Source: a virus
Lineage: Duplodnaviria; Caudoviricetes
IMG/VR virus record: IMGVR_UViG_3300044670_001784
Location: 1 to 34,086 of that record
Length of the DNA stretch: 34,086 bases
Direction: 5' to 3' (one strand)
Part shown: positions 13,780 through 22,018 of the stretch, one piece after another
Layout: each line of letters begins with the position of its first letter
Position numbering within the stretch: the stretch's first letter is position 1
Translations under genes and position numbers: made by a program
The notes under the pieces: generated by a model
Told to the model about the DNA's origin: nothing
Databases searched by the model: none
Seen by the model: only the letters and a program-made list of their open reading frames with translations

Positions 13780-16596
13780 TTATCCTAGACCAAAATTAGT
13801 TTGTGTGCCGCTGCTGCTACTCAAAGTTGGATTAGGCAGCATGTTTGCTCCACTTCTCAGCACGTCGAACATTCTGAATGGGTAGTTCTGCTGCTCCTGG
13901 AATCGACTGTATTGATCGTCCATGATCTGCTGCGCGAATTGCTGCTGCTGATTGCCAACACCTTGCATCTGTTGCGCATCTGCATATGTCATGCCTCGCA
14001 AATCTTGTCCCAACTGACCTAGCATCCCAGCCCCGGCCAATCTCTGTTGAGCGCCCTGCAAACCAGCATTTTGATTCGCGAGAGCAGCGCGCATACTGTT
14101 ATCGACATTGCCAAATTGACGATCAAGGTCTTGTTGATTCTGCTGAAATCCCATTTGCTGATTAGCCAAGTTAGCTTGCATTGCAGCGTTTTGATTTTGG
14201 AAACCATACGCCTGCGAATTTGCCTGATTAGCCAGCGCTGCTTGCATTGCCGCGCCTTGGTTAGCCTGTGCAGCCTGGCTACGCAGTTGTTGTGTCGCAA
14301 GTTGATTTGCTTGATTAGCTTGGCTCGCGCCAGCGCGAAGTTGCTGCGTTTGCATTAAACCTTGATTTCGCAGACCAGCTTCATCGATCGCTGTTCTTTG
14401 ATTGGCTAGTTGCGCCTGCATTCTTCTGTCTACATTAGCTTGGGCTGCCGCGCTTCCCAGTTGTTGCGCCTGCATATTTGCTGCCTGGTTAGCTTGGCCG
14501 GCAGTGACGCCTAGCTGCTGCGACTGCAATCGGCCTTGATTTCTTGCTTGACCTTCTTGCAGCGCTGTTTGCTGATTCATTCCCTGTGATTGCAAAGCAC
14601 GATCGCGATTTGCTTGGGCGGCAGCGTTGCTAAGTTGTTGAGCCTGCATGTTGGCGGCCTGATTGCTTTGACCTGCATCGACGCCTAAAGACTGAGATTG
14701 CAAACGACCTTGGTTGGCCGCTTGACCGGCAGTCAATTGAGCCTGCTGATTGGCCAGCGCTGCGCGCAAGCCCGCATCCTGATTCATCTGCTGTCGCGAC
14801 AAATTGTTTTGCGCATTGGCCTGCTGCGCGGTCATGTTCTGAGCTTGGTTCGCGAGAGCAAATGCCCGGGCGCTGTCCTGGTTGCTCATCATGCGCTGCA
14901 AGCCCTGCTGTCGCGACTGCAAAGATGCGTCCTGGTTTATCTGGCCTGCTCTGAGCGCTCTATCTGCATCGCTGATGCTGGCCTGTTGATTAGCCAGAGC
15001 AGCCTGAAGGTTAGCGTTCTGATTGACCTCGCCACCGCGCAAACCTAACTCAGCATTCGATTGGCTGGCTGTCAGTCCTGATTGCTGATTAGCAAGAGCG
15101 GCGCGCATGTTTGCATCTTGCGCAGCTAATCCGCTCTGTAGGCCAAGGCGCGCTGCTTCAGTCTGGCCTTGCAGACCGAGCTCTGCGTTTGCCTGACTAG
15201 CAGCTAAACCGCTTTGCTGATTCGCAAGAGCAAATTGACGATTGGCCTCTTGTGCTGCAAGTGCGCTTTGCAGTCCCTGCCGACTTTGCTCTGTTTGGCC
15301 TTGCAAGCCCAATTGCGCATTTGCCTGGCTGGCTGATAATCCCGTTTGCTGATTAGCTAACTGCCCTTGCAGACCCGTTTGCTGGTTAGCTCGAGCTGCA
15401 TCACTTCTTCTCGCCAAGTCTGCTTCGGCAAGACGCGCAGCCGATTCAAAGCCTTGCGCCCTGAGCGCCGAAGCAGTTTTAGCAGTTTGCTCCAATGCCG
15501 CTCTGTTTGTTTCACCTTCAACAATCGCAGCTCGATCGCCGCCGAAGGCGCCTGATGAAATGGCACTTGCTGCATTTTGGTTTTGCTGCATTTTGCGCGC
15601 ACGTTCTATGTCACCTATTGCGCTATCGATTACACCAGTTTGATACTGGTTCATATAATCGTCTAAATTAGTGTCTCTAAATTGTGCGGCATCTACTCTC
15701 TCTGCTGACACGTCATTTGCGGATACGGTGCCTGGCGTGATTTGACCAGTTTGCACTGCTGCAACGTTGCCGATATCGTTCGCTGTCACTGTGCCAGGAT
15801 TAATCGCACCAACACCAACCTCGCCGACCGAAGAAACGTCACCCGCGTTTACCCGGCCTGCGTTGATATTACTTGGCATGCCGATTTGCTGCGCATTACC
15901 AGCAGACGCGCCAGGACCGAGCAAATCGAGCGGCCCTATATCGTCGCCTCTTTGATACATCTCTCTAATTTGACCGGGATCATTGACCATCGAATTAGAT
16001 ACATCATCAAAAGATATTCCGGTATCGACATTATCAACACCAACATTCCTGTTGCTAAAGCGCTCCCTGGCATCTCTCACATAAGTGCGACCAGCGTTAA
16101 TACCTGTGTTTATATCGTCAACGTTAACGTTTCGAGAATTAAAGTTTTGACCAGTTCTTCCTGCATAAACATTGCCGGCATTTGCGCCGGTATTAATGTT
16201 TTGTACGGTTGCGTTTCTGCCGTAGAAATTTGTCGGTACATTTTGTGAACGGACTTGCTGCTGTCCGCCAGCTCTACCAGCATTAACATCACCAACACGA
16301 TTGGCCGCACCTACTTGGTTAGCATAAACATTGTTTGGCTGATAAGCGGCTACGCCCTGCGCAGCATTAATAGCCTGGTTAACTTGCTGTTGCCCTATAC
16401 GGCCCCGTGACGCATCCAGTGTTGCCTGCATTCCCTGCTGCTGGAATGGAGACATTGGAGCCACACGCGCAGCGTTGTAAGGTGTGTAAGGAGTGCGCGA
16501 TAGCGCTTGTCCCTGGTTAAAAACACTAAGCAGAGAGTTCTTAATTTGCGGGTCCATCTGCTGTGAACTTTCACTACTGCCTTTTCCAAAACTCAT
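13780..16596 (-). CDS. Repeat-expanded DNA pilot/ejection protein
   Basis: MSFGKGSSES N-terminus; core YMNQYQTGVID...GAFGGDR; long ANQ-rich segment with 11-residue periodicity. Confidence 0.7.
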   Translation of the reverse strand: MSFGKGSSESSQQMDPQIKNSLLSVFNQGQALSRTPYTPYNAARVAPMSPFQQQGMQATLDASRGRIGQQQVNQAINAAQGVAAYQPNNVYANQVGAANRVGDVNAGRAGGQQQVRSQNVPTNFYGRNATVQNINTGANAGNVYAGRTGQNFNSRNVNVDDINTGINAGRTYVRDARERFSNRNVGVDNVDTGISFDDVSNSMVNDPGQIREMYQRGDDIGPLDLLGPGASAGNAQQIGMPSNINAGRVNAGDVSSVGEVGVGAINPGTVTANDIGNVAAVQTGQITPGTVSANDVSAERVDAAQFRDTNLDDYMNQYQTGVIDSAIGDIERARKMQQNQNAASAISSGAFGGDRAAIVEGETNRAALEQTAKTASALRAQGFESAARLAEADLARRSDAARANQQTGLQGQLANQQTGLSASQANAQLGLQGQTEQSRQGLQSALAAQEANRQFALANQQSGLAASQANAELGLQGQTEAARLGLQSGLAAQDANMRAALANQQSGLTASQSNAELGLRGGEVNQNANLQAALANQQASISDADRALRAGQINQDASLQSRQQGLQRMMSNQDSARAFALANQAQNMTAQQANAQNNLSRQQMNQDAGLRAALANQQAQLTAGQAANQGRLQSQSLGVDAGQSNQAANMQAQQLSNAAAQANRDRALQSQGMNQQTALQEGQARNQGRLQSQQLGVTAGQANQAANMQAQQLGSAAAQANVDRRMQAQLANQRTAIDEAGLRNQGLMQTQQLRAGASQANQANQLATQQLRSQAAQANQGAAMQAALANQANSQAYGFQNQNAAMQANLANQQMGFQQNQQDLDRQFGNVDNSMRAALANQNAGLQGAQQRLAGAGMLGQLGQDLRGMTYADAQQMQGVGNQQQQFAQQIMDDQYSRFQEQQNYPFRMFDVLRSGANMLPNPTLSSSSGTQTNFGLG

Positions 16597-17984
16597 CGGT
16601 TTCCTCCTCGGAAAACTGGCGCCATTACGCTACCACTAAACCTCGCATTTTGATCGTAACCGCCAAAACCAGGGTTGTATTGTTGCGGCGCTGCCACCGG
16701 CAACGGCGCTGGCGGCACATAATTGTTTGCATAACCTTGCATCATAGGGTTACCCATTTGACTAGCTGAATCTAAAATAGGAATTTGTGTTTGTCTTTGA
16801 TGCCCATATATGCGCGGTGCAGGTGCTACATAAGGCTGTTGTTGGCGCCCTGCAATCGCCTGCTGATATCGTTGCTGCACAGTTAGCGGTTGAGAATATT
16901 GTGGTGCAAATTGCGAAACAGTGGGATTGTTTATATTAAAACTTTGGACGGGCATCGCGCTTGCTTGATCTGCCGAATCTAAAATCGGCATTGCTTGTTG
17001 ACTTGATATGTTGGCCTGCTGCGCTGGTAGTGGTGGCGGTGATTGCTGAAACAAAAGAGCGTCTCTTGAGGTTATCCGCCCATCTCCGTTAGCGTCATAC
17101 TGTAGGTCTGGCTCAATAACACCTGACGCCATTTGCATTATATTGCCCACCTCACTGTTTTGATCGATTGGCGGATTAAGAGGTGCAGTTGCTGCTTGAT
17201 ACGCCTGCTGCTGCGTAGAGGCAGCCTCCTGAGACGGTTCTTGCGCTGAAGGCTGATCAGGCTGAAAACGTTCTATATTATCGTAATATCCGACAGGAAA
17301 GCCCTGTTCAATGCCGGCATCATTCATTGAAGGTTCTTGCGCTGGTGCCGGTGCTGGTGCAGCAGCTTGATAAGGATTCTCGTCGGGCTCAGTGCCGTAG
17401 TTATAGTTACTTTGAACAGGGGATTGTTGCTGATTAGAGCGATTAATCGACTGATTGTAAGGCATTAAATCTAACGATGCTTGCGCGCTATCCTGATCAG
17501 CCTGGGAGGTTGTCGGTGTTGGCTGATAATCAGCAACGTATGTATTCGGCGGTGTGTAAGCGCCAAAATTATAGTTAGGATTGTAGTTGTCGTACATTCC
17601 TCGCTCACCACCAGTATGAGAATCGTCTTGCGGATATTGCGGCTGCGGTTGAGGCTGCGGTTGTGGTGCAGGCTGCGGTTGTGGTGCAGGCTGCTGGGGC
17701 GGCTGATAAGGCGCATAATTACTGCCAGGCAATTGATACTGGTTGTAATACCCGGACATAGGCTGCATCACAAACTGTGAACTTCCGTAAGCATCCTGTT
17801 GCGGATTGTATGGCGCTGGACCACCTAGCGGTTGTTGCGGATTGTAGTAGCCATAACCAGTATTGCTGGCGTAATTATTGCCGCCATAATTATTGTTGCC
17901 GTAATTATTGCTGCCATATTGATTTTGCGGCTGGAAGTTTGAGCCTCCTTTTCCACCGCCACCGCCACCTTTACCCGTTGACAT
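16593..17984 (-). CDS. Low-complexity Q/P/N/Y-rich protein (putative internal virion protein)
   Basis: 463 aa; MSTGKGGGGGGKGGS start; ATGA coupling to the next gene; one DANGDGRITSRDAL motif. Confidence 0.65.
   Translation of the reverse strand: MSTGKGGGGGGKGGSNFQPQNQYGSNNYGNNNYGGNNYASNTGYGYYNPQQPLGGPAPYNPQQDAYGSSQFVMQPMSGYYNQYQLPGSNYAPYQPPQQPAPQPQPAPQPQPQPQPQYPQDDSHTGGERGMYDNYNPNYNFGAYTPPNTYVADYQPTPTTSQADQDSAQASLDLMPYNQSINRSNQQQSPVQSNYNYGTEPDENPYQAAAPAPAPAQEPSMNDAGIEQGFPVGYYDNIERFQPDQPSAQEPSQEAASTQQQAYQAATAPLNPPIDQNSEVGNIMQMASGVIEPDLQYDANGDGRITSRDALLFQQSPPPLPAQQANISSQQAMPILDSADQASAMPVQSFNINNPTVSQFAPQYSQPLTVQQRYQQAIAGRQQQPYVAPAPRIYGHQRQTQIPILDSASQMGNPMMQGYANNYVPPAPLPVAAPQQYNPGFGGYDQNARFSGSVMAPVFRGGNR
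17641..17694. repeat. Tandem repeat encoding (QPAPQP)n/(QP)n
   Basis: GGCTGCGGTTGTGGTGCA at 17653-17670 and 17671-17688, with partial flanking copies. Confidence 0.85.
17871..17915. repeat. 3 x 15-bp tandem repeat encoding GxNNY
   Basis: RTAATTATTGYYGCC units at 17871, 17886 and 17901. Confidence 0.85.
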
Positions 17985-18378
17985 CTTTTATCTCCTTAAA
18001 CATGCTCACATGACTCACCTTGTAACCGATGTCATCGAGAGCTTTGGTCCAGCCTTTTCGGCCAGACAGTGTTATATATTTCGCTTCTAAAGCGCGGCCA
18101 AATTCTTGAAACGTTTCGTCCATACCTTTGATTTCCATCAAATCGCCTGCCGCTAAAAAAATATGGATAGCGCGAGCTCTCGGGTAACAAACAACTTCCG
18201 TTATCACGCAGCTTTTTTCTGCCGGCCAAAAGTGCATCCGACCCTCGTCAACAGCTTCAACGATGTCCTCAAATAAATGAGTGCCGCCGGCAAACTCAAG
18301 CGCGGCTTCGAGCATGACCCGGTATGGCAGCATTGCCTCTAACGTGCTTGGTGCTGCTAGTGCTTCCTTTGCGTTCAT
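17971..18378 (-). CDS. GNAT-fold-like morphogenesis protein
   Basis: IHIFLAAGDL...YITLSGRKGWTKAL..GY; located between the nozzle and the ejection genes. Confidence 0.6.
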   Translation of the reverse strand: MNAKEALAAPSTLEAMLPYRVMLEAALEFAGGTHLFEDIVEAVDEGRMHFWPAEKSCVITEVVCYPRARAIHIFLAAGDLMEIKGMDETFQEFGRALEAKYITLSGRKGWTKALDDIGYKVSHVSMFKEIKDVNG

Positions 18379-18581
18379 AAGGCTGTCGCTCCAACGTTGC
18401 CTGAATTATCCACCTCGATGCTGTATCGAGTGCCGTTTGGTGATTTCAAAATCAACCTCGCTGCACCTACCTCAACATCCTGATTCTTTTTGTGATTCAA
18501 TTGATCAGCTTGCTCGATCAACAAATTCATTTTGTTAGTGTCAATATCCGAATATTTTTCTGGCGCCGCAGGTAGAATCAT
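18375..18581 (-). CDS. Small tail-associated protein (68 aa)
   Basis: ATG 18581 overlaps the upstream stop (ATGA); LILKSPNGTRYSIEVDNSG beta-repeat of tail needle/spike type. Confidence 0.65.
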   Translation of the reverse strand: MILPAAPEKYSDIDTNKMNLLIEQADQLNHKKNQDVEVGAARLILKSPNGTRYSIEVDNSGNVGATAL

Positions 18582-20053
18582 CGAACGCTCCCTGGCACAA
18601 CATCTAATCGCATCACGCCCACGCGCCAATCTGTTTGTCGATTGCCTGTAACGCGCATACTGAGCTGACGTCCCTGGAAGCGCACTGATGTTGGATTGGA
18701 GAGGCTATATGGGCCGTGTTCTGTTTCTGGCGCATTCGGATAACTCTTTGTCTTAAATATAGCGGTGACATCACCCTGCGTCTTCTCGTCAGGGATTAGA
18801 TTCTTCGCAACCACTACTCGATCACCCGATCCAATTTCAACAGGTCCACTCTCAGCAAACACGGTTGCGTTGTCGTAGTTGAATCCAACTTCATGCTCGT
18901 AAATGTATCCGTCATCACCGACATAATTTGGGTAAATGAACTCACCGACATCTGCGCCGGCTGTTCTAACCAGTGATCCGACCGTCCAGAATTTTTCTTT
19001 ATAGTTGTATGTCACATACGAATCATTTTCTAACGAGTTGTTGCTTGGATAGAACCAAACAACTTCTGAAAATTTGCTGTTCAATACACCGTAGACTTTT
19101 GATCTTTGGCCTTCGTTGATGTTGTTGAAAACGAAATCGCCCACGGTACTGGGTATTGTTCTCACGCCACCGTCATAAACATAAAAGGCATTGGAGCCCA
19201 TCCAGATCGCGAAGCCGTCCGCTTTGACGCAGGCATTCGCAGATGCAATACCGCAGCCTGTGCCGACTCGCTGAAACCCATAAACAAACGGTGGCCCCGA
19301 ATAGCGCGCAACATGGGCGTCTGTCGTTGTCAGAATTAAAGTCTCACCGCGCAGTTGCTCTGCGGTCAGAATGTTGCCGGCTGTTGTCAGTGTAAAACCA
19401 CCTGCCTGGTTAGTCGCTGTCGCGGTCCATACATTGTTGTTTTCTTGATCGCACCATTCGACTCGATCACCTTCACCACCAGCACCCAGGGCAAAAACAA
19501 ATCTTTCGTCTGTAGTAATAATCGCAGTATTATTAACTGGCGCATTACTCAACACTGCCGCTACTGTCGAGGTGTTGTTAGTCCACTGATATATTTTGCC
19601 GTCAGCATTTGAGCAGCCGATCGCGTACTCACCCCAGTTGTCGATTGACCAGGACGTTGCTGGAACATACGGACCGCTATCTGGTCGCGTTGTTCCCCAG
19701 GAGCTCAATCCCCAGGTTAAAGCATTCCAACCTAAATTCTGCACTGCGTTATCATCGCCTGCCGTAAATCCTACCGGCGTGATATCGTGGATCGCGTTGC
19801 TCTCATCGATGGCGTATAGCTTACTGGTCGTACCTGCAACTGTTCGTCTGCCGCCAGAATTGTCGCGATAGCTCACGATCTTTCTGCATGCCCCGGTCAT
19901 TGCTGACGATGTTCTTTTGCGCCATCCGCCCACCGGCTGAAGGCTGCCTTCATACCAGCGTATTAAATTGCTGTCATTCCAAACGCCGCTTTGCTGATAG
20001 TCAGTGCCATTCTTATGAACGCCTGCTGGTATCTTTAATGCCATCAATCCCAT
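18578..20053 (-). CDS. Tail nozzle / packaged-DNA stabilisation protein (P22 gp10-like)
   Basis: 491 aa, beta- and Trp-rich (WSIDNWGE, EVVWFYPS, YNYKEKFWTVG); gene position. Confidence 0.7.
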   Translation of the reverse strand: MGLMALKIPAGVHKNGTDYQQSGVWNDSNLIRWYEGSLQPVGGWRKRTSSAMTGACRKIVSYRDNSGGRRTVAGTTSKLYAIDESNAIHDITPVGFTAGDDNAVQNLGWNALTWGLSSWGTTRPDSGPYVPATSWSIDNWGEYAIGCSNADGKIYQWTNNTSTVAAVLSNAPVNNTAIITTDERFVFALGAGGEGDRVEWCDQENNNVWTATATNQAGGFTLTTAGNILTAEQLRGETLILTTTDAHVARYSGPPFVYGFQRVGTGCGIASANACVKADGFAIWMGSNAFYVYDGGVRTIPSTVGDFVFNNINEGQRSKVYGVLNSKFSEVVWFYPSNNSLENDSYVTYNYKEKFWTVGSLVRTAGADVGEFIYPNYVGDDGYIYEHEVGFNYDNATVFAESGPVEIGSGDRVVVAKNLIPDEKTQGDVTAIFKTKSYPNAPETEHGPYSLSNPTSVRFQGRQLSMRVTGNRQTDWRVGVMRLDVVPGSVR

Positions 20054-20413
20054 TTAATAACTCCAGATTGCCGGCGCCGGAAACCCATGCGCTTTGTCTA
20101 GGTGAATGAAACGTCCTGAACCTTTTTGATTGACGCCTACGCGCTCAAAACCCATCTCAAGCGCTGCCGCAATCACCTTCAATGCTTGATCGCCGGTTGC
20201 TGCGATATCAACCGCCCGACCTGTTGCATGTGATCCTGGCTTATCTTTGCGCTTTTCAACTGGATGCTCTGCGCATCGATAGGCAGACGATAGTATCAAG
20301 GGGAATCCGACCCTCTCTCTCAGCGCATCAATCTCGTTTGCGAAAGCCCAATCCATACCAGACAACGATCCGCAATGCTGGCATCTAAATTCATCTTGGT
20401 GAAAGTATTTCAC
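20054..20413 (-). CDS. Peptidase M15A-type endolysin
   Basis: EFRCQHCG, SSAYRC..H, SHATGRAVDI and FIHLD zinc-binding motifs; follows the holin. Confidence 0.9.
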   Translation of the reverse strand: MKYFHQDEFRCQHCGSLSGMDWAFANEIDALRERVGFPLILSSAYRCAEHPVEKRKDKPGSHATGRAVDIAATGDQALKVIAAALEMGFERVGVNQKGSGRFIHLDKAHGFPAPAIWSY

Positions 20414-20781
20414 TTGGCTACACCTTTCACTTTCTCGACGCCCCGTATTCCTGACATACCCAGCATGCCTAGCATTACTGGATAAAGCAGATCGCTATTC
20501 ACTGGTGGCAGCTCTAGCCAAACGCTAAGAATAGGTTGGACGATTACATTATATGCAAGGCCAATCCAACAGACATGGCCGATTGCTGGGCGCCAGGACG
20601 ATTGAAACCAATTGCCTTTCGCGTCTTCTTTGTTTAATTCAATTTGCGCCAGCGCTTGTTCTTGCGCATGACGTTCGGCGAGCGTACTGAGTTCAAACGC
20701 GATGCGCTGCTTTTCGTCAGCGTCAGGTATGAACTTATCAAGCAACTTTGTTGCTGGACCTAGTAGCTCGCCAAGTATCAT
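20410..20781 (-). CDS. Holin (3TM/GTA-holin-like)
   Basis: LLDKFIPDADEK...SSWRPAIGHVC...LGMLGMSGIRGVEKVKGV signature with two hydrophobic segments. Confidence 0.8.
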   Translation of the reverse strand: MILGELLGPATKLLDKFIPDADEKQRIAFELSTLAERHAQEQALAQIELNKEDAKGNWFQSSWRPAIGHVCWIGLAYNVIVQPILSVWLELPPVNSDLLYPVMLGMLGMSGIRGVEKVKGVAK

Positions 20782-21003
20782 CTAATTAATTTCCTCAGTT
20801 TTTGGCATCAGACTTTCGGTCAGCGTGTTGGTGTATGCATTCAGCAGCACTTGCATTTCTGATCGCTGCATCTCTAAATCGGAAAGGCTTTTGAATAACG
20901 CCTCTGCCCGATTGACATAGCTAGTGTTACTTTCGCTCAGGTCTGCTCTCATCACTTCCTGCTCACCTAACGTTATCTTTTCTTGATCGATCTTGATTTC
21001 CAT
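20782..21003 (-). CDS. Small coiled-coil hypothetical protein
   Basis: 73 aa; AGGAG RBS; heptad-like C-terminal half. Confidence 0.65.
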   Translation of the reverse strand: MEIKIDQEKITLGEQEVMRADLSESNTSYVNRAEALFKSLSDLEMQRSEMQVLLNAYTNTLTESLMPKTEEIN

Positions 21004-21045
21004 TTTTGCTCGCTCCTAATACTTCACCACAACGGTGAAGCTTCC

Positions 21046-21189
21046 TTATTTATCTCTGCTGTTCCACAACTCAAACAGCACTTTAATTTTTTCCGCCATC
21101 GTTTCTTGATTCGCATGCATTTTCGCTAACACAATCACTAATGTGATGAAGCCGAATATCGGCCCGTAATAGTCCGCGATAGCCTCCAT
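21046..21189 (-). CDS. Small membrane protein (47 aa)
   Basis: Not in the ORF track; TGATG coupling; MEAIADYYGPIFGFITLVIVLAKMH...LFELWNSRDK. Confidence 0.7.
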   Translation of the reverse strand: MEAIADYYGPIFGFITLVIVLAKMHANQETMAEKIKVLFELWNSRDK

Positions 21190-21416
21190 CAAGACAGCAT
21201 CGCTGCACAGACGCCTGCGCCAGTGGTCACGACAGTACCAACGACCAGCCAGGCCAGCTTTTCCCAGCGGGCCGCATGCGCGTCCGCTACTGAACGAAGA
21301 TTTTTTAACTCATTTAGAGCCTCGCCCCAGCGCTCACCGCACTCAGCTTCATGCTTCGCGATTTGCTCTAAAGCTCTAATTGCCAGGTTGCGTTCTTCGT
21401 TTGTCACTTTTGGCAC
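21189..21416 (-). CDS. Small membrane-anchored coiled-coil protein
   Basis: HEAECGERW coiled coil followed by a C-terminal hydrophobic helix. Confidence 0.7.
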   Translation of the reverse strand: MPKVTNEERNLAIRALEQIAKHEAECGERWGEALNELKNLRSVADAHAARWEKLAWLVVGTVVTTGAGVCAAMLS

Positions 21417-21421
21417 CTATT

Positions 21422-21718
21422 TTAAGACCAGGGAACACCAGAGGCTTGCGTTGGATTCTTTTGCAGATCAATGTTCGCGGCTAACGATGCTTCAATAGCG
21501 TCTTTGTCAATCTCTTCGTAGCACCAAGACAGCGCAAGCTCTTCAGAAATTGAATCGTAATCCACCCAATCGGAGCTAGATGGATCAGGCGTAAACCCGC
21601 AAGTGCCGTAGGATGAAGCTGAAAAGTCACCGTCTACTAGAGAAGCTCTCCAGTGTGCAACGACTACACCACCGTCTGCTACGTTTCTTTCCAGTGTACC
21701 AATTGTCCATGTTGTCAT
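21422..21718 (-). CDS. Tail-fibre-associated small protein
   Basis: 98 aa, TWTIGTLER...AHWR...SGVPW; AGGAG RBS; directly downstream of the fibre genes. Confidence 0.65.
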   Translation of the reverse strand: MTTWTIGTLERNVADGGVVVAHWRASLVDGDFSASSYGTCGFTPDPSSSDWVDYDSISEELALSWCYEEIDKDAIEASLAANIDLQKNPTQASGVPWS

Positions 21719-21721
21719 TGA

Positions 21722-21970
21722 TTAAACTCCTTCTGTCTGTGATGCGCGAAATGCACTTATTATTTCCTCAGTATGAACCGCTGCACATATTGCTTGCACT
21801 TCTGCTGATTCGTTACTGTAGTCATCGCCTGCGGAGATAACGTGTCTGTGGTAGCCAGAAGATAGCTCTACGCCGTCTTCAAGCACCTGAGTACAAGTCC
21901 TGATTTGAACCGCTTTGTATGGGCCAACTATCTCTATTTTGTCTTCACTGATTACTTTTTCTAAAGCCAT
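21722..21970 (-). CDS. Tail-fibre-associated small protein (chaperone-like)
   Basis: 82 aa, DKIEIV...VQIR...EDGVELS..YHRHVI; AGGAG RBS. Confidence 0.65.
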   Translation of the reverse strand: MALEKVISEDKIEIVGPYKAVQIRTCTQVLEDGVELSSGYHRHVISAGDDYSNESAEVQAICAAVHTEEIISAFRASQTEGV

Positions 21971-22018
21971 TGTATTGCTCCTGTCTGTGCCTATCTCTGA
22001 TAAGCGTATGGTTGTTAC

